From an uncultured bacterium (lineage in GTDB: Bacteria; Patescibacteriota; Minisyncoccia; Phycocordibacterales; GWA1-40-21), in the NCBI GenBank assembly GCA_903831305.1, contig CAIKXE010000004.1, positions 147,524-211,523 of the forward strand: a stretch of 64,000 nucleotides of DNA, given 5' to 3'. The notes below the pieces were generated by a model. It had not been told where the DNA came from and did not search any database. It saw only the letters and a program-made list of their open reading frames with translations. The position numbers and the translations under genes are program-made. Of this stretch, positions 17,412-27,854 are shown in pieces; positions within the stretch are counted from its first letter, which is position 1; every line of letters begins with the position of its first letter.

Positions 17412-19160
17412 ATGATTAAAGAGGAGATTATTGATTTAATAAAAAAAGCAGTTTTGGCTCAGGGTATTCCCGAGCAGGACATACCGGCTTTTACCTTGGA
17501 GCATCCAGATGAGATGAGTTATGGGGACCTAGCCAGCAATGTGGCTTTGGTTTTATCCAAGTCACTTAAGAAGTCTCCAGTGGAAGTGGCTAAGCAGGTG
17601 GTGGAGAATTTAAATAAAAATAAACTTGATGCGGTGGAAAAAATAGAAATGGCGGGTCCGGGTTTTATTAATTTCTATTTAGCGGATAAATATTTTGTGG
17701 CTGGGGTAGGGGAGGTTTTAAAAGCGGGTGAAAAGTATGGTACTAATAATAATCTTAAGGGGCAGAAGACGATTGTAGATTACACTGACCCAAATCCCTT
17801 CAAAGATTTTCACATTGGGCACTTAATGAATAATGTAATAGGTGAAGCACTATGCAGAATCATGGAAGGTAATGGCGCCAATGTAAAAAGGGCTAATTAT
17901 CAAGGGGATGTCGGGATTCATGTTGCCAAGACTATCTGGGGGGTATTTAAAATGTTAGGGGATGGAACGGCGAAGAAGGAATTCTTTGGTGGATTATTTG
18001 GCTTTGGTAATAACCCCAAGGTTTGGGGAAGGGCGTATGCTTTAGGTGCTACTACTTTTGACCAAGATGAACAAGCCAAAAAAGAGATTACTGATTTAAA
18101 TAAAAAGATTTATGAAAGATCAGATAGAAAAATTAATAAAATTTATGATTTTGGTAAAAAGATATCACTTCAGGAATTTGAAAAGATATATAAGATTTTA
18201 GGCACTAAATTTGATTACTATTTTTTTGAAAGTGAGGTTGGAAATCTAGGTAAAGAGATTGTTCTTAAAGGTCTTAAAGATGGTATTTTTGAAAAAAGTG
18301 ACGGGGCGACAGTCTTTCATGGAGAAAAGTATGATCCACTTTTGCATACTCGTGTTTTCATCAATTCTCAGAATTTGCCTACCTATGAGGCCAAGGAACT
18401 AGGTTTGATTGTTGAAAAAAATAATAGATTTCCTTTTGATAAGACTATTTCCGTTACGGGAAACGAAATAAACGATTATTATAAAGTTTTACTAAGGGCT
18501 ATGTTTCTTACTGTGCCAGATTTAGCAAAAAAAGTTACTCATATTGGACACGGTATGCTCCGTCTGCCAACTGGAAAAATGTCTTCCCGAACCGGTCAGG
18601 TTATTACTGGAGAATTTTTGCTTTCTGAAATAAAAAATAATGTTTTGGAAAAGATGAAGGATCGACAAATACCAGAGAAAGAGAAATATCTAGTTGCAGA
18701 GATAGTGTCTATTGGAGCTTTAAAATACTCTATTCTTAAGCAAGAAACTGGTAAAGATATTATTTTTGACTTTGATAAATCTCTGTCTTTTGAAGGGGAC
18801 TCGGGACCATATTTGCAATATGCTTGTGTCCGCGCCAAATCCATCTTAGAGAAGGCGGAGAAAGAGGGAATCAAGGCTAATTTAAATCTAGAAAATACCC
18901 CAGTGATTGGTGAATTACCCAAACTCTTGGTTAGATTTCCAGAAGTGGTGGAACGGGCGGGCAAGGAATATTCTCCGCATTATTTAGCCACTTATCTCAC
19001 GGAGCTCGCTTCCGCTTTTAGTACTTTTTATGCGGAGCAGGTGGTGGTGGATAAAAATGATCCCGTCTCACCTTACCGGGTAGCCCTCACCTCCGCTTTC
19101 CTGACCGTAATGAAAAATGGTTTGAACCTCCTGGGCATTAAAGTCCCTGAGCGGATGTAA
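17412..19160 (+). CDS. argS: Arginine--tRNA ligase
   Basis: AGPGFINF, PNPFKDFHIGHL, KMSSRTG, GDSGPYLQYA..RAKSIL, C-terminal PERM. Confidence 0.97.
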   Translation: MIKEEIIDLIKKAVLAQGIPEQDIPAFTLEHPDEMSYGDLASNVALVLSKSLKKSPVEVAKQVVENLNKNKLDAVEKIEMAGPGFINFYLADKYFVAGVGEVLKAGEKYGTNNNLKGQKTIVDYTDPNPFKDFHIGHLMNNVIGEALCRIMEGNGANVKRANYQGDVGIHVAKTIWGVFKMLGDGTAKKEFFGGLFGFGNNPKVWGRAYALGATTFDQDEQAKKEITDLNKKIYERSDRKINKIYDFGKKISLQEFEKIYKILGTKFDYYFFESEVGNLGKEIVLKGLKDGIFEKSDGATVFHGEKYDPLLHTRVFINSQNLPTYEAKELGLIVEKNNRFPFDKTISVTGNEINDYYKVLLRAMFLTVPDLAKKVTHIGHGMLRLPTGKMSSRTGQVITGEFLLSEIKNNVLEKMKDRQIPEKEKYLVAEIVSIGALKYSILKQETGKDIIFDFDKSLSFEGDSGPYLQYACVRAKSILEKAEKEGIKANLNLENTPVIGELPKLLVRFPEVVERAGKEYSPHYLATYLTELASAFSTFYAEQVVVDKNDPVSPYRVALTSAFLTVMKNGLNLLGIKVPERM

Positions 19161-19200
19161 CACAAAGGCCTAGCCTTTGAAGGCTAGGCCTTTGTGTTTT
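19159..19200 (+). terminator. Intrinsic terminator after argS
   Basis: AACACAAAGGCCTAGCCT-ttga-AGGCTAGGCCTTTGTGTT perfect stem. Confidence 0.85.
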
Positions 19201-19339
19201 GTGCTGGTTATCCACTTTTTTGGTTGACAATCTGACCAAAATAAATGATATAATTGTGCCCAGATAGGGTATGATCTTGCTGTTGAGTAGGATCCGATGC
19301 CCGAAGTTAAGAGTGGGGTAGTGAGTGGAGACCCTGGTT

Positions 19340-19474
19340 ATGTTGAACACAAATGGTCGTCTGATGTCGTGGAACGAGTACCAGGAGATGGTGCTCCGGG
19401 TACAGTCCAGACGTCACAGCGCGTGGAGGTGGTACAACGGTTTGCGCCGCTTCGCCGGAAGGAGGAACGGTTGA
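19340..19474 (+). CDS. Small basic hypothetical protein (44 aa; not in the ORF track)
   Basis: MLNTNGRLMSWNEYQEMVLRVQSRRHSAWRWYNGLRRFAGRRNG; GGAG RBS; upstream TTGACA (19224) and TGaTATAAT (19246-19254); downstream hairpin and T tract. Confidence 0.5.
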   Translation: MLNTNGRLMSWNEYQEMVLRVQSRRHSAWRWYNGLRRFAGRRNG

Positions 19475-19606
19475 CCGGAAGCTGAGCTTCATCAACCCAC
19501 ATGGGCCGTCTCGAGACTCTCGCAATTCGGCGGGAGGGTAGAGGCGGCTTTCTTTTGCCTCTTTGACTATAAACTGCTACAATAAAATCTATAATATTAT
19601 AAATAT

Positions 19607-22600
19607 ATGGATAATAAAGACATCACTAGTAAAAGTCTCCGGGCACAAAAAGAAGAGCAAATCCTCAAGTTCTGGCAGGATAATCAGATTTTTGAAAAGT
19701 CTTTGGCCAAGGAAGCCCCCAAAGGTGAATTTGTTTTTTATGATGGGCCACCTTTTGCCACCGGTTTACCGCACTATGGGCACCTGCTAGCCGGGACGAT
19801 CAAAGATTACGTGGGTCGCTACCAGACCATGCGCGGGTATCATGTGCCTAGGCGTTGGGGCTGGGATTGTCATGGTTTGCCCGTGGAAAATATTGTGGAG
19901 AAGGATTTGGGCTTAAAGAGTCGAAAGGATATTGAAGAATACGGTATAGAAAAATTTAATGATAAAGCTAAAGCCTGCGTGCTGACTTATGTGGATGATT
20001 GGAAAAAGATCGTTCCGCGCATGGGGCGCTTTGTGGATATGGAGCATGATTATAAAACCATGGACTCTTCTTTTACAGAGAGCGTCTGGTGGATTTTCCA
20101 TAAATTAAACGAAAAAGGTTTGGTTTATGAAGGTTTCAAGTCTATGCATCTTTGCCCGCGCTGTGAGACCACTTTGTCCAACTTTGAAGTGAATCAGGGT
20201 TATAAGGATATCACGGATATTTCTGTGACGGTGAAATTTGCGGTGGTAGGGGAAGCTGGTACTTTCTTCCTAGCTTGGACCACCACCCCTTGGACCCTAC
20301 CAGGAAACGTCGCTCTTGCTGTTGGTCCGGATGTTGATTATGTCAAAATCAAAGTGATGCCCACCGGGGAGAATTATATTTTGGCCAAGGCTCGGTTAGG
20401 GGTGATTAAAGATGATTACGCTATCGTGGAAGAATTTAAGGGCGAGAAGGTGATCGGTCAGTCTTATAAACCCGTTTTTGATTATTACAATAATAAAGAG
20501 ACCAAGAATATTGCCAATGGTTTCAAAGTTTACGGTGCCAGCTTTGTGACAACTACGGATGGTACCGGTATTGTCCATATTGCGCCGGCTTTTGGTGAGG
20601 ATGATATGAACCTAGGTAAGGAAAATAATCTACCCTTTATCCAGCACGTAGGGACGAACGGGCGGTTCAAACCAGAAGTGACGGATTTTGCTGGTCTTTT
20701 GGTAAAACCAAAAGATGATAAGGAGTCTGGACAGGATCATCAGAGCTCGGATATTTTAGTAATTAAATATTTGGCGGGAAAAGGGACTTTGTTTGCTAAA
20801 GAAAAGTTGATTCACTCTTATCCACATTGCTGGCGTTGTCAAACCCCGCTTTTAAATTATGCTTCTTCCTCCTGGTTTGTGGAAGTAACTAAATTTCGAG
20901 ATGATTTGGTAAAAGCAAATAAAGGGATTAACTGGGTGCCAGTCGATATCAAGGAAGGGCGGTTTGGCAAGTGGCTAGAAGGAGCCCGGGATTGGGCTAT
21001 CTCCCGTTCGCGTTACTGGGGTGCGCCTTTGCCGGTCTGGCGTTGTGATGGCTGTGCCAAGAAAGAATTTATCGGCTCGGTAGAAGATTTAAAAAAGAAA
21101 ACTGGCGGACGAAATAATTTTTATGTCGTACGGCACGGCGAGGCTGATAATAATGTGCTCGGTATTATTAGCTCGGATCCTAAACGGCCGCATCATCTGA
21201 CAGAGAAGGGAATTTTGCAAGTTAAAGAGGAGGCGGAAAAGCTAAGGTCAAAAAAGATTGATTTGATTTATGTTTCACCCTTTGTCCGGACCCAAGAGAC
21301 CGCTAAAATAATTGCTGAAATTTTAAATATTCACCCGGATAAAGTTATTACTGATGATCGTATCCACGAAGTTTATGGTGGCGAGCTTGATGGAAAAACT
21401 GATGCTGAATATCAACGTTTCTTTGGCTCGCGTTTGGAGAAATTTGATAAGACTCCTGTCGGTGGGGAAAATTATACGCAGATAAAAAACCGGATGACAG
21501 AATTTGTCTATGATGCTAATTCTAAAAATAAGGGCAAGAATATTTTAATCATTAGTCATAATACGCCAATCTGGCTCATGTTTGCTGGAATCTTTGGCCT
21601 TGACCCAGCTCAGACCATAGACCTTCGTCGTGAGGCTAGAGATTTTATAAAGAACTCAGAGGTCAAAGAATTACCTTTTGCGCCGATCCCGCATAATCAT
21701 AATTATGAATTGGACTTGCATCGGCCATATATTGATGAGGTGACTTTTGCTTGTCCTTGCGGTGGTACTATGAGGCGGGTACCAGAGGTATTTGACTGTT
21801 GGTTTGAATCCGGCTCCATGCCGTTTGCTCAGGCTCATTATCCGTTTGAAAATCTAGACAAATTTAATCCGCACCCGGGAATGTTTAGAAAGCCGGTAGG
21901 CTTTCCAGCAGAATATATTGGTGAGGGTTTGGATCAGACTCGGGGGTGGTTTTACTCTATGCTGATCTTGTCTGTCGGTTTATTTGGCGAGTCTTCTTAT
22001 AAAAATGTTATTGTAAATGGGATTATCTTGGCTGAGGATGGGCAAAAGATGTCCAAAAGTTTGAAGAATTATCCGGATCCGATGATTTTGGTGGACAAAT
22101 ACGGCGCTGATGCCTTGAGGTATTATCTGTTATCTTCACCGGTAGTCCGGGCGGAGGATCTATGCTTCTCGGAAGCGGGGGTGGATGAAGTGATGAAGAA
22201 GATTTTGACTAGGTTAGACAATGTCTTTTCTTTCTATGAGATGTATAGTAAAGAGTCCTCGGTGCCGGTTAGAAACTTTGTGCCAGAGTCAGAAAATATT
22301 TTGGATCAGTGGATCCTTATTAGATTAAAGGAACTTATTATTGCTGTGACTGGTGCCTCTGATAAATATGAGATGGACCGGGCGGTTCGGCCAGTGATGG
22401 ATTTTGTGGATGATTTGTCCACTTGGTATTTGCGTCGTTCCCGTGACCGCTTTAAATCTGCTAATCAAAAGGATAAAGTCCAGGCTATCCAGTCTACTCG
22501 TTTTGTCTTGGAGGAATTGACAAAAGTGATTGCCCCGGTGATGCCTTTTTATGCTGATGAACTTTACCAAAAAGTAAAATCTTTTGAGGGTAAAGAGAGT

Positions 22601-23140
22601 GTGCATTTATCAGCTTGGCCAGAGGTGGTTAAACTGACTAAAGTGGATGAAGCGGTAAAGATTAGCATGGAGGAGGTTAGAAAAATTGTTTCCTTGGGCC
22701 TTGAAGCCCGAGCTAAATCAAATATTAAAGTCCGTCAGCCCCTTGCCAGCCTTAAGGTTAAAGAGGGTAAGGTGATTTTGTCAGATTTGTATTTAAGTCT
22801 GATCCAGGATGAAATAAATGTAAAGAAAGTGATTTTTGATAAGACTATTATTGAGGCCGTGGAGCTTGATCTGGTCATTACGCCCGAGCTTAAGGAGGAG
22901 GGGGCGGTACGCGAGCTTACTCGAGCTATTCAGGAACTGCGCAAGCAAGAAAAGCTGTCTCCGACGGATTTTGCGAGTTTGAAAATTAAGACGGATGAGC
23001 GCGGTAAAAAGCTCGTCCAAAAGTTTGAAGCGGAAATAAAGAAAACCACCTTGATCAAGATTATTTCTTTTGAGGAGTTTGACGTGGAGTCAGTGACGGT
23101 GGTAGATGATTTGTCTTTTGGTCTAAAAATAAACCGATGA
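19607..23140 (+). CDS. ileS: Isoleucine--tRNA ligase (type 2) with inserted histidine-phosphatase domain
   Basis: DGPPFATGLPHYGH, WDCHGLP, WTTTPWTLP, GTGIVH.AP, KMSKS; internal RHGEA..SPFVR..E..ISH domain. Confidence 0.96.
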   Translation: MDNKDITSKSLRAQKEEQILKFWQDNQIFEKSLAKEAPKGEFVFYDGPPFATGLPHYGHLLAGTIKDYVGRYQTMRGYHVPRRWGWDCHGLPVENIVEKDLGLKSRKDIEEYGIEKFNDKAKACVLTYVDDWKKIVPRMGRFVDMEHDYKTMDSSFTESVWWIFHKLNEKGLVYEGFKSMHLCPRCETTLSNFEVNQGYKDITDISVTVKFAVVGEAGTFFLAWTTTPWTLPGNVALAVGPDVDYVKIKVMPTGENYILAKARLGVIKDDYAIVEEFKGEKVIGQSYKPVFDYYNNKETKNIANGFKVYGASFVTTTDGTGIVHIAPAFGEDDMNLGKENNLPFIQHVGTNGRFKPEVTDFAGLLVKPKDDKESGQDHQSSDILVIKYLAGKGTLFAKEKLIHSYPHCWRCQTPLLNYASSSWFVEVTKFRDDLVKANKGINWVPVDIKEGRFGKWLEGARDWAISRSRYWGAPLPVWRCDGCAKKEFIGSVEDLKKKTGGRNNFYVVRHGEADNNVLGIISSDPKRPHHLTEKGILQVKEEAEKLRSKKIDLIYVSPFVRTQETAKIIAEILNIHPDKVITDDRIHEVYGGELDGKTDAEYQRFFGSRLEKFDKTPVGGENYTQIKNRMTEFVYDANSKNKGKNILIISHNTPIWLMFAGIFGLDPAQTIDLRREARDFIKNSEVKELPFAPIPHNHNYELDLHRPYIDEVTFACPCGGTMRRVPEVFDCWFESGSMPFAQAHYPFENLDKFNPHPGMFRKPVGFPAEYIGEGLDQTRGWFYSMLILSVGLFGESSYKNVIVNGIILAEDGQKMSKSLKNYPDPMILVDKYGADALRYYLLSSPVVRAEDLCFSEAGVDEVMKKILTRLDNVFSFYEMYSKESSVPVRNFVPESENILDQWILIRLKELIIAVTGASDKYEMDRAVRPVMDFVDDLSTWYLRRSRDRFKSANQKDKVQAIQSTRFVLEELTKVIAPVMPFYADELYQKVKSFEGKESVHLSAWPEVVKLTKVDEAVKISMEEVRKIVSLGLEARAKSNIKVRQPLASLKVKEGKVILSDLYLSLIQDEINVKKVIFDKTIIEAVELDLVITPELKEEGAVRELTRAIQELRKQEKLSPTDFASLKIKTDERGKKLVQKFEAEIKKTTLIKIISFEEFDVESVTVVDDLSFGLKINR

Positions 23141-23727
23141 AGAAAAAAGTGATTTTTGTGCACGGTTATGGTCTAGCCGCCCCACTTGAGACAGAAGACT
23201 GGCCAGGCACACTTGGCTGTGAACTAAAAAAGCAAGGTTTCGATTTTCAGCTTTTACTGATGCCTGAGGCGGCCTATCCGGCTATCTCCGAATGGCTGAT
23301 TTTTTTAGTTAAGCAAAATATAAAAGTAAACGAAAATACTTATTTTGTCGGGCACAGCCTGGGTTGTATCACTATCGCTCGTTTTTTGGAAAAACTACCT
23401 GAGGGTGTTATGGCTGGGGGGTGTGTTTTTGTTTCAGGATTTTGTTCATTGCCACAAATACCGCTACTCAAAGAATTTTGTAATTTACCCCTAGATTTTT
23501 CTGAGGTTAAGAGGCACTCGCGAGATTTTGCTGTCGTGGTCTCTGATAATGATCACATTATTCCGTTGGTCCGTAGTCAAGAACTAGCCGAGAGACTTGG
23601 AGCTAGAGTAATAGTAGAACGTAATATGGGGCATTTTATTTCTGGGGTTAAGGAGGTTCCGAGTGTTTTAAATACTATTTTAGAAATGGCACAAATGACG
23701 GAGGAACGTAAAGAAATGAAAAACTAG
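23137..23727 (+). CDS. RBBP9/YdeN-family alpha/beta hydrolase
   Basis: FVHGY, GHSLG nucleophile elbow, SDND, GHF. Confidence 0.88.
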   Translation: MKKKVIFVHGYGLAAPLETEDWPGTLGCELKKQGFDFQLLLMPEAAYPAISEWLIFLVKQNIKVNENTYFVGHSLGCITIARFLEKLPEGVMAGGCVFVSGFCSLPQIPLLKEFCNLPLDFSEVKRHSRDFAVVVSDNDHIIPLVRSQELAERLGARVIVERNMGHFISGVKEVPSVLNTILEMAQMTEERKEMKN

Positions 23728-23742
23728 GTCACTAGCTGTATT

Positions 23743-24348
23743 ATGTCACATACCATATATACAACTGAAGGGTTTATTCTTAAAAGCGTAAATTTTGGCG
23801 AGGCTAATAAGTATTTTTTTATTTTTACTAAGGAGTTTGGTTTGATCCGGGCGGCGGCTCAGAGTGTGAGACATCTAAAATCCAAATTACGTTATGGGTT
23901 AGAGGATCTTTCTTTAAGCCAGATTTCCGTGGTGCGGGGAAGAGAAGTTTGGCGCTTAACCAGCGCGGAAAAAAAGCTTGGCTTGGCGGAGAAGGAAAGG
24001 TTACTGATGTGGTCACAGATTTTTTCTTTGTTACTGCGCCTCCTTCATGGTGAGGAGAAGAATGACGCCCTTTTTAGTATTTTAAAGGAGGGTATGTTTT
24101 TTCTAAATACTCTTGATGACGTCGGGGGTGAAAAAAAGCAAAAGGAGAGAGCCGGGCTACTGGCAAGCTTTGAATGTATTATAGCTCTGCGGATTTTGTC
24201 TGTCCTTGGCTATATTGGTCAGTTAGGAGACTTTGATCAGTTCACTCTTTCACCATATTTTACGCCGGAGCTTATTTTAAACATGAGTGCTCTTAGGTCT
24301 AGGGCGATTGGGGAGATAAATAAGTCACTAAAAGAAACACATTTATAG
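23743..24348 (+). CDS. recO: DNA repair protein RecO (short form)
   Basis: TEGFILKS..FGEANK...FTKEFGLI.A.AQSVR..KSKL OB-fold N-terminus. Confidence 0.8.
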   Translation: MSHTIYTTEGFILKSVNFGEANKYFFIFTKEFGLIRAAAQSVRHLKSKLRYGLEDLSLSQISVVRGREVWRLTSAEKKLGLAEKERLLMWSQIFSLLLRLLHGEEKNDALFSILKEGMFFLNTLDDVGGEKKQKERAGLLASFECIIALRILSVLGYIGQLGDFDQFTLSPYFTPELILNMSALRSRAIGEINKSLKETHL

Positions 24349-24451
24349 TGATTTCACACATGTTTTGTGTGGCTTCGTCTGGCTTTTTACTTGGAAGTAA
24401 GTTAAATTATGTGTTATAATTTATGGGTAAAGAAGTCTAAAATATTTAATT

Positions 24452-26380
24452 ATGTACGAAGATCCAAAAAGTAAAATAAGTCTACTTGAAAAGGTACTTG
24501 ATGCTAGGGAAGACCGTGTGACTAAACGGATAAAGCGTCATGAGCTACGGGATAAAGAAATTACGGTTCGACAGGATTGGGATGAGAGTGAATTCAAGTC
24601 GGGTCTTACGGAGCCTATATCCCCACGTAAGGGTATGTCTTTTTCTGTAAAAATACTAATCGGCTCAATTATTTTTTTTATCATTGCTTTTGGTATAACT
24701 GCTTATAAGTTTTTGGGGGGAGGAAATGTCGTATCTGGGAACAACATTGTTGTGACGGTGAAAGCTCCTGTTTCAGTGTCAGGTGGGTCAGTTGTGCCTT
24801 TTGAAATTGAAATAAAAAATAATAATAGCGTCACTTTATCTGGGGCGGATTTGGGAATAGTCTTTCCTTTGGGCGCTAGGGATATAACTGATACTTCAGC
24901 TAATGCTAAGCGCATACAGGAATTTATTGGGGACATTTTACCTGGCCAAACACTTAAGAAGAATTATTCGGTCGCCTTGTACGGTGTCGAAAATGAGAAG
25001 AAAGAAATAAATATTACTTTGGAATATAAAGTGGCCGGCTCTAACTCACTGTTTAATAAAACCAAAAATTTTGTTGTTTTGATCAGTTCTTCGCCAGTTA
25101 GCATTGTGGTCACTGGTCCGGTGGAAGTAAATACTAATCAAGCGGTTGATTTTACCGTAGAGGTTACTTCTAATTCACCATCAGTAATCAAGGGTTTATT
25201 GCTGAAGGCCGTTTATCCTTTTGGTTTTTCGTTTACTAGTTCAAACCCTAAGATATTTTCTAAGAATGATTTATGGCTGATAGGTGACCTGGCACCTGGG
25301 GCCAAACGGACCATTAAGTTTTCCGGCGTTCTAAATGGCCAAGAGGGGGAAGAACGTGGTTTTACTTTTAATCTAGGATCTCAATCCAAGTCTGATAGTT
25401 TGGCTATAGAGATTCCTCTGGCTACAGAATTTTCTTCTGTTACTATTAGGCGGCCTTTTGTCAGTGCGGATATTACGCTTGATGGGTCAAGTGCTAATGA
25501 GTACGTTTCTTCTGCCGGGTCTAAAATAAATGCTTTGATAAATTGGCATAATAATTTAGCTTATGAAGTGTCTGATGTTTCTATTACCGTAAAGATAAAT
25601 GGCAATGCTTATGATGAATCTTCTCTTAGAGTAACTAATGGTTTATATAACTCTATTGATAACACTATTATTTTTAATAAAGCAACAGATAAAACTTTGG
25701 CGATTCTAGAACCCGGAACAAGCGGGGCTTCACGCTTTTCTTTTGATAGTTTTAGCGTTAAATCGGTTACGGGTTCGGCCCTGACGAATCCTATAATTTA
25801 TGTTGATGTCACCGTTAAGGGTAAGAGAGTTGATTATAGTGATGGTCCGGAAGATTTCTTTTTTTCTGATTCTCGAAAGATAAAACTTACTACCAACCCT
25901 CAATTATCAGCTAGTGCCTTGTATTATGTGGGGGCGTTTAAAAACACTGGTCCAATGCCACCTCAGGCCGAGAAAGAGACTACTTACACTATTACTTGGA
26001 CTGCTACAAACCCCTTGAATAATTTATCTGGAGTACAAGTGGCGGCTACTCTGCCGGCTCATGTAAAGTGGCTATCATCTATTACTCCCGGTCAGGAAAA
26101 GGTGGACTATAATGAGGATACAAGGGCCGTCGTCTGGAATCTAGGTAGTGTTTTAGCCGGGGCAGGGACAATTTCTCCGGCTCGAGTAGTGTCTTTTCAG
26201 GTTTCTATTTTGCCGGGGGTTGATAAAATTGGTTCTGTACTGGATTTGATTAGCGCCGCTTCTCTTACTGGTCGTGATAGCTTTACTCTGACAGGTGTTT
26301 CAAGTTCTTTTTCTGGCCTAAATACCAGGTTAAATAATGATCCATATTTTAAAGAGGGGAATGAAATAGTGATTCAATAG
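24452..26380 (+). CDS. Membrane-anchored protein with multiple Ig-like beta-sandwich (DUF11-like) domains
   Basis: Single TM near residues 66-88 followed by repeated beta-rich modules (W.IGDLAPG, WNLGSV). Confidence 0.65.
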   Translation: MYEDPKSKISLLEKVLDAREDRVTKRIKRHELRDKEITVRQDWDESEFKSGLTEPISPRKGMSFSVKILIGSIIFFIIAFGITAYKFLGGGNVVSGNNIVVTVKAPVSVSGGSVVPFEIEIKNNNSVTLSGADLGIVFPLGARDITDTSANAKRIQEFIGDILPGQTLKKNYSVALYGVENEKKEINITLEYKVAGSNSLFNKTKNFVVLISSSPVSIVVTGPVEVNTNQAVDFTVEVTSNSPSVIKGLLLKAVYPFGFSFTSSNPKIFSKNDLWLIGDLAPGAKRTIKFSGVLNGQEGEERGFTFNLGSQSKSDSLAIEIPLATEFSSVTIRRPFVSADITLDGSSANEYVSSAGSKINALINWHNNLAYEVSDVSITVKINGNAYDESSLRVTNGLYNSIDNTIIFNKATDKTLAILEPGTSGASRFSFDSFSVKSVTGSALTNPIIYVDVTVKGKRVDYSDGPEDFFFSDSRKIKLTTNPQLSASALYYVGAFKNTGPMPPQAEKETTYTITWTATNPLNNLSGVQVAATLPAHVKWLSSITPGQEKVDYNEDTRAVVWNLGSVLAGAGTISPARVVSFQVSILPGVDKIGSVLDLISAASLTGRDSFTLTGVSSSFSGLNTRLNNDPYFKEGNEIVIQ

Positions 26381-26415
26381 TTGTTAAAAAGTTTTAATTA
26401 TATATACTGTTAATT

Positions 26416-27828
26416 ATGAAAGAAAAAATAAAAGATAGTGAATTAATGGAAAAAATCATTTCACTCTGCAAGCGCCGAGGGTTTGTCTATCCTAGCTCGG
26501 AGATTTACGGCGGGTTTGCTGGTGTCTATGATTATGGTCATTACGGTATATTGCTAAAGGAAAACATTAAGAATGCCTGGCTTCGAGATATGGTCCAATT
26601 AAGGGAAGATGTTTTTGGTTTGGATAGTGCTATCTTTATGCACCCTAAAACCTGGATAGCTTCTGGCCATGTCGGCGGTTTTCAGGATCCGCAGGTGGAT
26701 TGTAAACAGTGTAAGGCCCGTTTCCGGGCGGACCATATTCTGGAGGGCTTTGGGGTAGTGGCTGATAAGATGCCTTTAGATTTTCTCAATACTGAATTAG
26801 ATAAACTGCGAGCCTTGGGCAAACTGGTCTGTTCAAATTGTGGTTCAAAGGATTTGACTTCCGCTCGAGCTTTTTCTCTGATGGTAAAATCAAATTTGGG
26901 ATCACCTGTAGATGCTTTGACTGAGGAAAACGTCACTTATTTGAGACCAGAAACTTGCGGGGGAATTTATTTGGAATATAAAAATACCTTAGATTCTCTT
27001 CACCCTAAATTACCATTTGGTATTGCTCAGGTGGGTAAAGCTTTTAGAAATGAAATCGCTGCCCGTCAGTTTATTTTTAGAACTCGTGAATTTGAGCAGA
27101 TGGAAATGCAGTATTTTCATGCGCCTACCGAGACAAAGAAACTCTATGAAATGTGGCAAAATACTCGTTGGCAGTGGTATTTAGAATATGGTATCCCGGT
27201 TGAAAAACTTCGCTGGTATAAGCATGAAAAATTAGCGCACTATGCGAGCGAGGCCTATGACATAGAATATTCTTTTGGTTTTTTTGGTAATAGTTTTAAA
27301 GAAGTAGAAGGAATTCACGCTCGAGGAGATTGGGATTTGTCACAGCATGCTAAGTTTTCTGGCCAGACCCTTGATTATTTTGATGAGGAAACCAAACAAA
27401 GATTCATCCCTCATATTTTGGAAACATCGGTTGGTTTAGGGCGCTTGTTTTTAATGTTTTTAGACCAGGCATATACTGAGGATGGGGAGGGTGATGATAA
27501 AAGAGTTTTCTTAAAATTAAATCCTCGTCTGGCTCCGGTAAAAGTAGCAGTCTTTCCACTCTTAAAAAATAAGCCAAATTTAGTAGCCAAGGCACGGGAG
27601 ATTTTTAGTGCATTGCGTCAGGAATTTGTTTGCGAATTTGATGACAACGGTAATGTGGGGAAGAGATATAGAAGGCAAGATGAAATCGGTACGCCATATT
27701 GCGTGACGGTGGATTTTGATACGGTGGAGAAAGATGATATGGTGACGGTGCGTGACCGTGATACCGGTGCGCAGGAAAGAATTGCCGTAAAAGAATTGGT
27801 GAGTTATTTAAAAACTAAACTCACTTAA
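26416..27828 (+). CDS. glyQS: Glycine--tRNA ligase, homodimeric alpha2 type
   Basis: YLRPET, FRTREFEQME, YRRQDEIGTP anticodon-binding domain. Confidence 0.96.
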   Translation: MKEKIKDSELMEKIISLCKRRGFVYPSSEIYGGFAGVYDYGHYGILLKENIKNAWLRDMVQLREDVFGLDSAIFMHPKTWIASGHVGGFQDPQVDCKQCKARFRADHILEGFGVVADKMPLDFLNTELDKLRALGKLVCSNCGSKDLTSARAFSLMVKSNLGSPVDALTEENVTYLRPETCGGIYLEYKNTLDSLHPKLPFGIAQVGKAFRNEIAARQFIFRTREFEQMEMQYFHAPTETKKLYEMWQNTRWQWYLEYGIPVEKLRWYKHEKLAHYASEAYDIEYSFGFFGNSFKEVEGIHARGDWDLSQHAKFSGQTLDYFDEETKQRFIPHILETSVGLGRLFLMFLDQAYTEDGEGDDKRVFLKLNPRLAPVKVAVFPLLKNKPNLVAKAREIFSALRQEFVCEFDDNGNVGKRYRRQDEIGTPYCVTVDFDTVEKDDMVTVRDRDTGAQERIAVKELVSYLKTKLT

Positions 27829-27854
27829 TATTCTCACTATTTTGTTCTTAAAAT

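Noticed and set aside
19297-19525. Track ORFs 19297-19485 (+) and 19307-19525 (-), and a possible T-box leader for ileS
   Set aside because: Neither ORF has an RBS, the 19340 frame is better supported, and no T-box consensus (AAGGTGGTACC-like) precedes the terminator.
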